Assembly (NCBI RefSeq): GCF_018350175.1
Contig: NC_058368.1
Span: 50,593,815 to 50,657,814, forward strand
DNA: 64,000 nucleotides
Origin: Felis catus
Lineage: Eukaryota
Reading direction: 5' to 3'
How positions within the stretch are numbered: the stretch's first letter is position 1; the number at the start of each line of letters is the position of its first letter. This document shows positions 11,917 through 25,848 of this stretch, piece by piece. The translations under genes were made by a program, and so were the position numbers. The notes beneath the pieces are model-generated. The model did not search any database, was not told where the DNA came from, and saw only the letters and a list, made by a program, of their open reading frames with translations.

Positions 11917-14150
11917 AACATATATTAAGTGTTGATTGTCTAACTGGATCTATTCAAGTATTGTAGTAGAGCCTAAACCTCTAATTGAGCTCTAAAAATT
12001 TTTATTTGGAACAAAGAGAAAGACAACTTATATAATGATGATGGATGAGAACATGCAAGATACACTCCATGTATTTCAAGACGGATGTTTATACCAAATA
12101 TAGTACAATGTGTACTGAAAAGGGGCACCTGGCACCCAAGAGAGGTGGTAAAATGTACAGAACAAAGAACCGATTTACACATAGGGCTATTGCCATCCCT
12201 CTCTCAATCTCTATCTCTCCCTCTCTCCATAAGATCTGAATAACCTTACCTAATTTCCCTGAATTTGCTGACAACTCTTGATGCTTACAGTCCACATTCC
12301 CTCCACTGGAGACCAATTCTCCACTGATTTAACTTCACACACTTCAGTTTTATTAACAAAAATCTACATGTATTTCACTACACATAAGTTTTGATTTCTG
12401 AGATCATATTTTAGGAAACAAAGTGAAAGAATTTAAGTTGAAATGCCTAACAGGAGAGACATGAAATTATTTCTTACAAAAAAAAAAAAAAGACTAGAGC
12501 AACTGGCTTTTATTTTAAGGCAAACATATTCAGAAGACATGGAAAGGGGCAGGTAACCATGGATTACAAAAGATAACATAAATCTGTAGAGATAAGTTCA
12601 GGGAGACCAAGAGCCAAATGAAATGTGACCTGCTCCCAACTCCCAACATACCAAAGAGAATGTATGATACTCATCTTCATATACTCACTATGGAGATCAA
12701 GAGAGAGAGAGAGTGGCAAATGAGAAACTAATGTGTATGAAAGAGGACAGTGTCAAAGAGGATTAGATTTAAGTAAGCCAGAGGTTGGATTTGGAGCTGT
12801 GGTGAAAACGCTATACAAAAGTACAAAAGAAGGCCTTTTTTTTTTTCCTATTTCTCCCTTTTTGCATTTGATATTCTGACTTCAAAGTTAACATTAAAGG
12901 CATAAAGGAGAAATTTAAAATTACCTAAGTTATGCAAAATCTTGATCTCTATCCTATTTAGCTTTTTTATAATGCTTTATTTAAAATTTAAAAAATTACA
13001 TTTATTCACCTATACTTTGCTTTATGGAGATATCAGAGGAGTCTTGGGGACTGGATGGGAAGTTGGACCATTTTATGTTAAAGACCCTTACCAAATTTTA
13101 GACTCCAGAAATCTTTTAAAATGTATTATGGGCTTTATTTGGTGCAGTGCTAAATACTATTAAATATTATGAAAGTTTTAAAGCAACCAATGAACATAGA
13201 CGGGCATTTTTTAACATCTTTGGCTATTAAAATTCTTTATTATAATTATATGTACAAGATATCTAGATACCCACACACACTTTCATATATTCAGTCCATA
13301 GTTATCATAGCTGTTGAAATTACCAGAAGGCCAATGTTCTAGGAAAATAAGCTAGTGGACATTTTACAGAATGTCTCTGGAAGTTAAGTTTTTCGGGATG
13401 CAGGAGATCTGTCACATAGGAAAACCTTTTGGCGTTATCACTTTCTGTGTTTGACAGGTTTCAAAGTCTGTCATCTAAGCAAGTAGATCCAAGCCTCTCA
13501 TGAGAAGATTTTGTCTCAGAAGAAAGTCTCTACCCTCCCATGGCAATGTCCACAATGCAGTTCTTCGTACTGCTATGCCTTCTTTTTCTCTCAGCTTACC
13601 AGTATAGCCATTATGTTTATGAACCATTGCTAAAAATGTTTTCACTTGGTAATATTCTTTTTTTTATTAAAATATCCCCTTTCTAACTGAATAACTTTTA
13701 CGTACACTTGAGAGAAGAAAAGTTATCCATGAACATATACCTCTGTTCTCTTCCCCCCGTCCCACCAAATAATTCAGAGGTGTAGATCTCCGCAGAAAAA
13801 CTGACAAATTCAGCTCTGCAGACAAAACTGTGCCAAAAAAAAAATGTATCCTCATCTAAATGCTAGCTCCATGACACTTGAGGGAAGAATGGATTTGATT
13901 TCAGTCTTGTCATTAACTTGTTCCTCACTTGAGACTGGTGTTCTGAAGAGTTATTTAAAACTCAATTGTACAAACCAAAGAGGCTTTCTGTGACTGCCAC
14001 AGATATTTGTTCTTACATTCTCTTTCCATTTATCCTACTTTCTCTGTACTGGTTCAATTCCTTTCCCTGTAATTAATATATTTTGAAACCTGGTAGATAT
14101 TACTCTTCTCAGGCCCTGTAATAATGCTTAGTAGCTTCAAACATTATGAC

Positions 14151-14190
14151 TATCCAGACATTTCAAGACATATCCAGACATTTCAAGAAA
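14151..14190. repeat. 20-bp tandem duplication
   Basis: tatccagacatttcaagaca / tatccagacatttcaagaaa. Confidence 0.9.
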
Positions 14191-14747
14191 TCTACATTTT
14201 ACTTGTTACCAGGGAGAAATTTTATAATTTAGATTAATAATTATCTATCATGGTGCATTGAGAACTTTTACTTAGAAATTATTTATCTAAATATAGATTA
14301 AGATTGTGAAAAAAAACCAGATAAATGTCCATACAATTGTAATTAGTACAGTCAGTGTGCAAGAATACCTGACTGGCAAGAAAGCATATAAACTTAGAGA
14401 ATCTAAATGAACTTTAGAGAATTTGATTAAAATGTTTGCAGCTCAGAAAAAAGGAAAATAAGATATTTTTGAAGTAGTTCTTACATCAAGTACCATCTTT
14501 TCTTAATTTAGGGATTGTATTTTTATTTTCCTGTTACTAGTGACGAGGTTGCCTCCGACTTTAACATACTGTTGAGTCAGAACTAATCTAGTGTCAAAAT
14601 TCACATTCACATTCACATTCTAATCCTATTTCTCCAGTGGGGCCTTGGCCAAATCCAAGACTCATTATTGTCAACTGAAATGTATGGGACTCTAGTAGGT
14701 GACGTGTAAGTGTCCTCCCACTCTACTGTTATAAGATTTTAAGAGGA

Positions 14748-14975
14748 GGGGCACCTGGGTGGCTCAGTTGGGTAAGCATCCAACTTCAGCTCAGGTCATG
14801 ATCTCGCAGTTCGCGTGTTCGAGCCCCGCATTGGGCTCTGTGCTGACAGCCCGGAGCCTGGGGCCTGCTTTGGATTCTGTGACTCTCCTTCTCTGCCCCT
14901 CCCCTGCTCACATTCTCTCTGTCTCTCTCAAAAATAAACATTAAAAAAAATTTTTTTAAATAAAATAAAATAAAA
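14748..14975 (+). mobile_element. Can-SINE (SINEC_Fc)
   Basis: Full SINE; TSD aagattttaaga. Confidence 0.95.
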
Positions 14976-15120
14976 AGATTTTAAGAAGAATCATCTATGG
15001 ACAAAATTGGAAAACCAAGTGGGCTGATAATAATCATTGAATGAAGGAAGAAAGTGAAAAGAATGAAAGTAAGGATAGAGGAAATATGAGAATAAAATAA
15101 TCTGAATAGCTAGAAAGGGC

Positions 15121-15478
15121 TTTTTATTTTAATTCCAGTTTAGTTAACATAAATTGTCCTATTATTTTTAGGTGTACGATACAGTGGTTCAACAATTCTA
15201 CAAATTACTCAGTGCTCATTATGATAAGTGTACTTTTAATCCGCTTCACGTACTTCACCCATCCCTTCACCCACTTCCCCTCTGGTAACCATCAGTTGTT
15301 CTCTATAGATGAGAGTCTGTTTTTTTGGTTTATATCTTTTTTCTTTGTTCATTTGTTTTGCTTCTTTACTTACATATAGGAGTAAAATCATGGTATTTCT
15401 CTTCCTCTGACTGATTTATTTCACATAGTATTATACTCTCCAGATCCGTTTTGTTGCAAATGGCAAGATTTCATTTTA
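15121..15478 (-). mobile_element. Carnivore-type L1 3' end fragment
   Basis: 'aattccagtttagttaacata...ctctggtaaccatcagttgttctctatag...gttgcaaatggcaagatttcatt'. Confidence 0.85.
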
Positions 15479-17618
15479 TGTATGCATGTATGTACGTATA
15501 CATTTTTAATTTCCAGTGAGTTAACATACAATGCAATATTACTTTCAGATATACAGTTTAGTGATTTGACACTTATATACAATACCCAGTGCTCACCATG
15601 ACAGGTTCACTACTTAATTCCCATCACCTATTTAACCCATCTCCCCAACCACCTACCCTTTGGTAACCATCAGTGTGCTCTTTGTAGTTAAGAGTCTCTT
15701 CCTAGGTCTCTTTCTCTCTTTTTTCTCTTCTTTGTTTTGTTTCTTAAATTCCACGTATGAGTAAAATCATATGATGTTTGTCTTTCTGTCACTGACTTAT
15801 TTTACTTAGTATTATGCTCTCCAGCTCCATCCATGTCATTGAAAATGGTACTATTTCATTCTTTTTATGGCTGAGTAAAATTCCATTCTCTCTATATATA
15901 ATATCTTTATCCATTCATCTATCGGAATGGACACTGGGCTGCTTCCATAATTTTACTATTGTAAATAATACTGCAAAAAACATAGAGATGCATGTATCTT
16001 TTCAAATTAGAGTTTTTATATTCTTTGGGTAAATACCCAGTAATGGAATTACTAGATCATATGGTAATGCTGTTTTTATTTTTTTGACAAAACTCCATAT
16101 TGTTTTCCACAGTGGCTATACCAGTTTGCATTCCCACAAACATTGCAAGAGGGTTCCTTTTTCTCCACATCCTTGTCACCACTTGTTGTTTCTTTTGTTT
16201 CTGATTTTAGCCATTCTGACAGGTGTGAGCTGATATCTCGTTGTAATTTTAATTTGCATTTCCCTGATGATGAATGATGAATTTTCATGTGTCTGTTGGC
16301 CACCTGTACATCTTTTTTGGAGAAATGTCTCTTCATAACTTCTGCTTATTTTTATTTGGGTTATTCGAGATTTTTGGTGTTGATTTGTATAAATTCTTTA
16401 TATAGTTTGGATACTTTATGTATTTTGCACTTGTTTTTTCCCATTCAGTAGGTTATCTTCTAGGTTTGTTGACTGTTTACTCTGCTATGCAGAAGCTTTT
16501 AATTTTGATGCAGTCCCAATAATTTATATTTGCTTTTGTTTCCCATGCCTCAGGAGACATATCTAGAAAAATATTTCTATGGCCAGTGTCAGAGAAATTA
16601 CTGCCTGTCCTCTCTGCTAGGATTTTTAAGGTGTCAGGTCTCACATTTAGGTCCTTAACCACTTGACTTTATTTTTGTGTATAGTATAAGAAAGTGATCC
16701 AGTTTCATTATTTTGCATGTAGCTGTTTAGTTTTTTCAACACCATTTGTTGAGGAGACTGTTTTTTTTTTTTTTTTCCATTGCATATTCTTTTCTTTTTG
16801 TCTCTTTTGTGGAAGTGTAATTGACAATATAATCATGGGTTTATTTCTGGGTTCTCTATTCTGTTCTGCTGATCTATGTGTTTGTTTTTGTGCCAGTACC
16901 ATACTGCTTTGATTACTACAGATTTTCAGTGTAACTTGACATCTGGGATTGTGATACCTCCACAGTTTTTTTCTTTTCAAGGTTGCTTTGGCTATTCAGG
17001 GACTTTTTTTGGTTCCATACAAATTTTAGGATTATTTTTTCTAGGTCTGTGAAAAATGCTCTTGGTATTTTGATAGAAATTGTATCAGATCTGTTGATTG
17101 CTTTGGGTAGTATGGACATTTAAACAATATTTGTTCTTCCAATTCCACGAGCATGGAATATCTCTCCGTTTGTTTAAATGGAATATTTTTTTTATTTGAT
17201 TTGTATAGTTTTCAGAATATAGGTCTTTCACCTCCTTGGTTAAGTTTATTCCTAGGTATTTTATTCTTTTTGGTGCAATTATAAATGGAATTGTTTTCTT
17301 AATTTCTCTTCCTGTAGGTCATTATTAGTGTATAGAAATACAACAGATTTCTGTATATTATTTTTTTTATCCTATGACATTACTGAATTCATTTATCAGT
17401 AGTCTTTTGGTGGTGTCTTTAGAGATTTCTATATATAGTATCATGTCATCTGCAAATAATGAAAGTTGTACTTCTTCCTTATCATTTTGGATATTTTTAA
17501 TTTCTTGTCTGATTGCTATGGCTGAGACTTCTAGTACTATGTTGAATAAAAGTGGTGAGAGTGGAGATCCTGGTCTTATTCCTGACCTTAGGGGGAGAAC
17601 TCTCAGTTTTTCACTATT

Positions 17619-17825
17619 TTTTAAGTTTATTTATTCATTCATTTATTTATTTAGAGAGCATGAGCAAGGGGCAGAGAGAAAGGGAGAGAGAAAATCCCAA
17701 GCAGGCTCCATGCTGTCAGCACAGAGCCTGACATGGTGCTCAATCCTATAAACTGTGAGATCATAACCTAAGCCAAAATCAAGAGTCAGTTGGTCACTCA
17801 ACCAACTGAGCCACCCAGGCACCCC
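17619..17825 (-). mobile_element. Can-SINE inserted in L1
   Basis: TSD gtttttcactatt. Confidence 0.95.
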
Positions 17826-18168
17826 TGTTTTTCACTATTGAATATGATGTTATCTATGGGATTTTTATATATGGTTTCCTTATGTTGAGGTATGTTTCCT
17901 CTAAACCTACTTTGTTGAGGGTTTTTCTCATGAATTGGTGTTGTACTTTATCAAATGCTTTTTCTGCATCTATTGAAATGATCATATGGTTTTTTTATTT
18001 CTCTTGTTTATGTGACATATCAGACTGATTGAGTTGTGAATATTGAACCACCTTTGTATCTCAAGAATAAATCCCACTTGATAGTGGTTAATGATTATTA
18101 TAATGTATTTTAGATTTGATTTGCTAATATTTTGCTGAGGATTTTTGCATCTATATTCATCAGGAATA

Positions 18169-18422
18169 CAGTAAAATCTTGGTTTGAGAGCATAATTCAT
18201 TCCAGAAACATGCTTGTAATACTTGTATTACACTTGTAACACTTGTATATCAAAGCAAATTTCAAGAACCATTGGCTCAGTTGTAATCATGTGACATTCA
18301 GCATCATGTACTACTCATATTGCAAGACGTCATTCATTTATCAAGTTAAAATTTTTTAGAAATGTTTGCTCATCTTGCAGAATACTTGCAGAACAAATTA
18401 CTCACAATTGAAGGTTTTACTG
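18169..18422. mobile_element. Non-autonomous Tc1/mariner (pogo/Tigger-type) MITE, 254 bp, inserted in L1
   Basis: TA TSD on both sides; imperfect TIRs CAGTAAAATCTTGGTTTGAGAG ... CTCACAATTGAAGGTTTTACTG; L1 is contiguous across it. Confidence 0.88.
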
Positions 18423-20565
18423 TATTGGCTCGTAGTTCTCTTTTTTGTATATTTATCTGGTTTTGGTATCAGGGATATGCTGGCCCCATAGAATGAATTT
18501 GGAAGTTTCCCTTTGTATTCTATTTTTTTGAAAAGTTTGAGAAAAATAGCTATTGACTCTTTAAATGTTTGGTAGAATTCACTAGTGAAGCCATCTGTTC
18601 CTGGACTTTTGATTGTTGGGAGTTTTTACATTACTGATTCAATTTCATTGTTGGTAATCCTGTGTTCAGATTCTATTTCTTCCTGATTCAGTTTTGGGAA
18701 ATTATATGTTTCTAGGAATTTACCCATTTCTTACAGGTTGTCCAATTTGTTGGCATATAACTTTTTTCATAATATTCTCGCATAATCCTTTGTCTTTCTG
18801 TGGTTTCAGTGGTTATTTTTCCTCTTTCGTTTCTGATTTTGTTTATTTATAAATTTTGTTGATCTTTTCAAAGAACCAGCTCCTGGTTTAATTGACTTGC
18901 TTTATTTTTTGTTTGTTTGTTTTTGTTTTTTGTTTCTATTTTGTTTATTTCTGCTCTAATATTTATTTATTACCTTCCTTCTACTGGTTTGGGGTTTTGT
19001 TTGTTCTTCTTTTTCTAGCTCCTTTTGGTGTAAACTTAGATTGTTTATTTAAAATTCTCTTGCATCTTGAGATAAGCCTGTATTACTATGAATGTCCTCT
19101 TAGAACACCTTTTGCGCATCCCAAAGATTTCTGTTTTCATTTCCATTTGTCTCCATGTATTTCTTGATTTCCTCTTTAATTTCTTGGTTGACTCATTATT
19201 GCTTAGTAGTTTGGTATTTAACTTCTGTGTATTTGTGTTCTATCTGGGTTTCTTCTTGTTGTTAATTTCTAGTTTAGTAGTTCTGTGGTAAGAAAAGATG
19301 CATGTATGACTTAAGTCTTTTTGAATTTGTTAAGACTTTTTTCATGGCCTAATATGTGATCTCTTATGGAGAATGTTCCATGTGCCCTTGAAAAGACTGT
19401 GTATTCTGCTGTTTTAGAATGGAATGTGCTAAGTGTATCTATTAAATCCAACTGCCCCAATTCAGGCCACTGTTTGCCTGTTGACTTTCCATTTGGATGA
19501 TCTCTCCATTGATGTACTATAGGTTGTCAAAGTCCCTTACTATTATTTTATTAATATCAATTAGTTCCTTTATGTTTGTTATTAGGGGCTTTATGTATTT
19601 ATGTGCCTCCATGTTGGGTGCATAAATCTTTACAAATGTATCTTGTTTGATTTTTCCCTCTTTGATTATATAATGGTCTTCTTTTTATCTTGTTATGGTC
19701 TTTGTCTTAAAGTCAATTTTGTTCCATACAAGTATTACTCCCTCAGGTTTTTTTTTCCACTTCCATTTGCATGATGAATGCTTTTCCATCCCTTCACTTT
19801 CAATCTGCATGTGTCTTTAGGTCTGAAATGAGTCTCTTGTAGGCAGCAGATAGATGAATCTTGCCTGTTTGTCCATTCTGTCACCCTGTATCTTTTGTTT
19901 GGAGAGTTTGGTTCATTTACATTCAAATTAATTATTATGTATACTTATTGACATTTTGATACTTGTTTTGTGGTTGTTTTTGTAGTTTTTCTCTGATCCT
20001 TTCTTCTCCTGCTCTCTTCTCTCACGGTTTGCTGGATTTTTTTAGTGATATTCTTGGACTCCTTTCTCGTTACGTTTTGTGTATATATCACTGGTTTTTG
20101 ATTTGTGATTACCGTTAGGTTTGTATCTAATATCTTATACATTTAGCAGTGTATATTAAGTTGATGGTCCCTTAAGTTTAAATTCATTCATTAACCTCAA
20201 CACCACCACATTTTTTATATATGCTATCATACTTTGCAAGCTTGTTTTGTGAATCCCTTGACTGATTTTTATAGATCACTTAATTTTACAGTTTTTGTGT
20301 TTCTACTATTCTTACTCCTACTTATGATCTTTCCTTTCCATTCAAAGAGCCACCTTTAATATTTCTTATAGGGCTGCTTTAGTAGTCACGAATTTCTTTA
20401 ACTTTTATTTGTCTGGGAAACTCCTTATCTCTCCTATTTTGAATGATAGGCTTTCTGGGTAGAGTACTTTTGGTTGCAGGTTTTTTCTTTCAGCACTTTG
20501 AATATATCATGCCACTAAATATATTAATAAACTGAGTATATTGCTTCATTTATAGAGTCAGAACA

Positions 20566-20792
20566 AGAGTGAACAAACTTCAGCCTAAGCCAAATCTGAC
20601 CCATGATCTATTTTTGTAAATAAAGTTTTACTGGAACATAGTTTCATTCATTTGCTTACATATGGTTCATGGCTGCTTTTGTCTTATAATAGCAAAGTTG
20701 ATTAATCATGACAAAGCCTGGATAGTCTGCAAAGCAAAAAAAAAAAAAAAATTCATCTCTGGCCTTTAACAGAAAAAGTTTGCTTACCCCTG
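20566..20792. mobile_element. MER58A-like hAT-Charlie
   Basis: 'tttttgtaaataaagttttactggaaca...tggcctttaacagaaaaagtttgcttacccctg'. Confidence 0.85.
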
Positions 20793-23279
20793 GTCTGAAA
20801 TTATAAGCAAATCATGACTAATTAAAATAAGATGACTTAAATCAATAGTAAAAGCCTAACACTTGTATCCTTTGAACTTAGTTTTGTAAAGATCACAATA
20901 TTATAAAAGAATCTTACTACAGTTAATAAAGAGGTTTCTCTTTTGTTATTTACAAGTCAAAACTTTAGCCTTTGTTTTTTCTGTGCATAACCATGGAAAT
21001 TTTATGTTAAAAAATGCATTGCATTAATCTGGCTTCTGGAAATCTGTATCTCTCACACAAGTGATCCTTTTCATGTATTGTTTAAAGAAGTTTAATCTCC
21101 TCCCTGGTTTCAGTGAATTGACTGCGTGGTATCTGCTTGTGCACCCAGATGCCCATAAGCTTCTCACTGCCAGCAGCATCATGTTCAGCTTCTTGCTGCT
21201 TCTTCCATAATGATATTTCATGATTAATAAGAAAATTAAGTAAAAGTAACAGGAAATTGGCATTGCAAATGGGCTAAGATACAGAGAAGAAATCATGTGA
21301 TATTTTCTTGCTTGGAAATCCCTAGACAGGTTTTAGGAACAGTAAACAACAACAGAATTAAGAAACTTGTCACATTTGAGGACCATGGTAAAGGTGGCCC
21401 AAATTTTGTTCCCACAATTTTTTTTGATTAAATGATTTAGAGGCACTTAGGAAGATGAATAAGGCAATGTCTTAAATACCAAAAGAAGATGAGAGAAGGA
21501 TACTCAGAGCCCCTGGATGTTGGCCAGCATACCAGGCCAAACCATGGTGTCAGTGCTGGCTCTTTTGCTCTGTGTTCCTTCCACAAAATGTAACTCCTAC
21601 ATAATAGATGCTGGGAACTAATTAAGAAATCAAGGGTAAACATGTGGGAGTTGATGCTTACCAACATGAGCATCAAAAAAGCATAACCCTCTGCTTAAGT
21701 TTTTTGGGGAAAATTAACATAGAAAAAATGTATTTTGAAAAATATCCATAGCAAAAAGAGAACTGTGAAATGACTCTGAATAAATGCCCATTTATTAATG
21801 TCTTAGTAGGCTTCCTATTGAAATACCCTACAGATTCATTTTAGCTGTAGTTTACTACTTCTTCATAAAAGAAAAAGAAAAAGAAGCAGAGCAGTCTTAA
21901 TATGTGTATCAAGTAAGTAAAATGATTAAGCTTATTTGTACCAGAAAAGTTCTTATCCAGGGGGTGTCTGGTGTTTAAGAAGAATTTTGAGGAGAATGCT
22001 TTGTATTAAAAATATAGTTGGAAACAACTTTACTGACTAAAAAGTCTGTTCTTAAAGGAGAGTCTCATATTTCTGATCATATTTTCTTTCTAATGAGGGA
22101 TTTATATGCTTTTTTTTTGGCAAGGGGTACTTATATGTCTTTCTTCTACAAAGATTCAATGTATTTTCTCTGTAGATAAAAAATTACGTAAGATACTTTT
22201 TAAAATAAGAGTGATGTTTATATGTCTGTGTACATTTATTTTTGTGTTAGCTATCAAAAATATTTGTGAAAACATTGTCCTTTATATCACCTGGATCTCT
22301 CTCCATAATTTCCAGTGAGAGAGATCTAGCTTTTTGAGTTTAAAGAAATATTTGTATTCACTGTTATTTTATAAGGTTTGAGTAACTTTTTATATTTCTA
22401 TACTTTTTATGTCTCCTGAAAACTCAAAGCTAAATTTTATGGTCAAATATGATAGCTGTTTTTTTTCCTTCTATTTGTCATGGTAGCTTTTATTTCTTTT
22501 CCAAACCTGATATTTCCCTTGTTCTCCTTCCCTCCTCCTCCGCTTCATTTTTTTAACTTAATTTTATTCTCCTGATTTTATAAGATGTTTTAAATCTTTT
22601 TTCTCTGTTAAAAAAAAGTTGATGAGTACTGGACCCAGACAAGCATCAATCAAATACCCTATGTATGCTATTTAAAAAAAAAAATTACTGTTTTCCATTC
22701 TGTGACACCCTTCCCCTTATGAGCCAAATGAATTCCTGCTCATCCTTCAGGCTGGGCTCAAGTGTCTCTCCTACTGTGTCTCCTGATCTCATCCAAAAAG
22801 CAGAGTGGATCCATTTGCAGCAACAGTTTATCTGCCTTTGTGGCCTCACTCATCACACAACACCCTTCTGTTTGCATCTGTCTCTATTCACATACTGTTA
22901 GGCTTTTTAGAGCAGCAGTTGCACTTTTCATGTTTCTATGCCTAATACCTAGTCTCCATGCCTGGCTTGCAGCCCAATACCAGGCAAAGAGTTGATATTA
23001 ACCATTGTGTGTAGATGAGACAAATGAATTAATGAATTTGAAAATTATGAAAAAATACAGTATTTTGAAAGTGTTTATGAAGATAGTCAATGTATTGATT
23101 GCCAAGCTCCCATTGTGTTCCCTCTAAGTAACTAATACCAAGCTATGCACTATTAGAGGGTAGAGGGAGACCTATGAGGGAGATAAAACTCCAATATGTT
23201 ATACCTTCAGGGGTTTGAGAAGTGGATAAAATTTAAGACTTGAAATGGTCTTAATGTTTAGCTAATTCTTTCAATCTGG

Positions 23280-23720
23280 GTAGTGTGTCAGAACAATGAA
23301 CACGGCTTATTCAGGAAGGCCTGTATGAAGGACTTGAAGGGTAGGGGACAAAGATTAATAGACAATATGCTTACATAAGTAGTTGTGTGGGAGGATGGAA
23401 AGTAGGAGTCAGATTCTATGACAGTCTTAAAATTCTCAAAAAGCCATTGATATTTGATATGAATAAAAGCTGTAGTTCACTTTAGAACAAGAGAATGACA
23501 ATGAAAAGTATTTGCAACAGTATAAATAATAAATTAGAGCAGTGTAAACCAGAGGCAGGATGATTATATAGGTGGCAGAAGTCCAGGCATGGGAAGGGGA
23601 GGACCGAGATGTTTGTAATGTTAATAGAAGCAAAAGTTTCTATAGGAAAATGTTTCAAGGCAAGAATCAGGAGCCTTATTACATGATACTGGGTGAGTGA
23701 AAAATGAGCCACAGGTTTTT
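23280..23720 (-). mobile_element. L2 fragment (decayed)
   Basis: 'gaggcaggatgattatataggtggcagaagtccaggcatggga' L2-like. Confidence 0.45.
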
Positions 23721-24011
23721 AATTAGAATTAAAAATTTTACCACACAAATATTCAAAATGAACAAATTTTATATATGCTGTACTAGTGTTGAACTTTAAA
23801 ATTATGAATCACTAGAAAGGATGTAATTCTCATGTAATGGAATCTATGATGATATTACACATTCATCTTTTCCTGAGGTAGTTCACCATGGATAATTCAC
23901 ATGCATTCTAATTTTAATGTTGATTATTTGTAAAGCTGTAGTTTATAAACTTTGCAAGTGACTATAACAGAATTATTAATCTGTGCATGACATTGCCACC
24001 CAGGAAAGCAT

Positions 24012-24368
24012 TTGTATTAGCTTGGTAGGACTGACATAAGACAATAACACAGACTGAGTGGCTTAAACAGAAATTTATTTTCTCACAGTTCTGGAGGCTA
24101 GAAAGCCAAGATTCGGGTGTTGGCAGATTTAATTTCTTCTGAGACCTCTCTCTTTGGCTTGCAGATGGCCTCCTTCTCACCCCTCACTCCTGGTGTCTCT
24201 TTCTTGTAAAGGCACCCGTCCTGTCGTGTTAGGGCCCCACTTTAATGGCCTCATTTTAACTTATTCACCTCTTTAAAGATCTTATCTACAAATGTGGTTA
24301 AATTCTAAAGTACTGAGTGTTGGGACTTCAACATGAATTTGGGGGGAACACAATTCATCTGTAATAGG
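24012..24368 (-). mobile_element. MLT1A-like MaLR LTR
   Basis: 'tgtattagc...ggcttaaacagaaatttattttctcacagttctggaggctag...ggggaacacaattca'. Confidence 0.85.
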
Positions 24369-24712
24369 ATTTTTGGCAGACATTTTCAACACAATAGTCT
24401 GTGTTTCATTTCTTCTTTGATGGCTCTAATACTTATTAAATGCTTCTTCATATGATATAAAATTGTTTTCAGAAACCCAAAAAACCTCAAAAATATGCTT
24501 ATGTTACTCATCAGGAAAAAGAATTTTGCTCTTTTTCCTCCGCTATGGGAACTAAATTGAGTCTGTTGAATTTACAAATTTTGACCTCTAAATTGATACA
24601 TACTTATCCTCTCCTTTATAGTAACTAAAAAAATAAGTAGTCTCATATTAATTAATGTTTTAGATTTTAATCATTTTCCCTCAAACTTTTTTTAACTTTA
24701 GAAAATCATTAA

Positions 24713-24918
24713 AATTTTTTTTCAATGTTTATTTTTGAGAGAGAGACAGAGCACAAGCTGGGGAGGGGCAGAGAGAGAGGAAAACACAGAATCCGAAGCA
24801 GGCTCCAGGCACTGAGCTGTCAGCACAGACCCCGATGTAGGGCTCGAATCCACGAAATGTGAGATCATGACCTGAGCTGAAGTCGGACACTTAACCAACT
24901 GAGCCACCCAGGAGCCCC
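24713..24918 (-). mobile_element. Can-SINE (SINEC_Fc)
   Basis: Full SINE; TSD aaaatcatt. Confidence 0.95.
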
Positions 24919-24989
24919 TATAAAATCATTTTTGATTTTAAAAAAAGACTTCACAAAAGTCAGACTGGCCTCTCTGGATGTGTACATTT

Positions 24990-25105
24990 GGGCATCCTAC
25001 TTAGTTTCTCTGTACCTCAGTTTTGTACTCTGTGAGATAAAAAATATTTACCTCTTAGGATTGTTGTGAAGCTAAGATACAGTGTGTGAATGTATATGCA
25101 CAGGG
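24990..25105. mobile_element. MIR fragment
   Basis: 'tttctctgtacctcagtttt...taggattgttgtgaag'. Confidence 0.6.
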
Positions 25106-25848
25106 TTTAACTCCTTTCTCATGTCATGTCCCAACCCACTCTTATTAAACCTAAGAACAAGAAACAAGACCTTTTCTCAAAAAATCAAAGTCTCAAGATC
25201 CCTGCTGAGAGCACTGATTATTTTACTGTATTATAATAATGATTCCTCATGCCTTTTGAGGTTTGTAGGGCTGTTTGTAGGACTGTTTGTTGCATAGAAA
25301 TGTCCCAGGTTTCTATGCAATGTTTTCAATTTTATATTTGTTTTTAATTTTTCTCGTATTGCTTCCTGCACATCAGTTTACCAGCTGTCACTTTTTATCA
25401 AAATCAATGCAACTTCTTCTATCAGCCTCCCACGATTTAATTCGCTGTTTCAGATAACTTGTGAGGTGGAAAATCAGATGATCAAGCCTATTGGAATTGG
25501 GGGACATGTAGGAGAGTAGTAATTATCGAATCCCAACTCTGGACTCAGTTTTATGGTGGGTAATTGCTTGGTGCTGGCCTCAGCCTTTTGATAGTAATCC
25601 TATTGGCTAGAAATGCCTGGGGCCCTCACCTGGGCCTTGGTGAGCTTGCCACAGACAACTCCCCTTTCCAATCCAGTATTATGACTGCACTGACCTTTGT
25701 GTATCTTACTATGATTGTAAGGCACCCTTCAGCAACATTATCAAAATCTTTGATAAAATAAAGTTTTATTACTTCCAAGACCTGGAAATTACACAGCACA
25801 CAATGGGAATGTGGGTACAGAAGTAGAGACAAAGAGAGAGCGCGCATG

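Larger units (their letters stand above)
15503..20517 (-). mobile_element. 5'-truncated carnivore-type L1 (~5 kb): 3'UTR, decayed ORF2 (EN, RT, C-terminus) and ORF1 C-terminus
   Basis: ORF2 fragments 'ICCLQETHFRPKDTCRLKVKGWK' (endonuclease), '[14 protein letters not shown]', 'RHFSKKDVQVANRHMK'; many stops and frameshifts. Confidence 0.95.

Noticed and set aside
21024..21296. Coding-looking stretch on either strand
   Set aside because: The frames I translated gave no recognisable protein and no paired splice sites.
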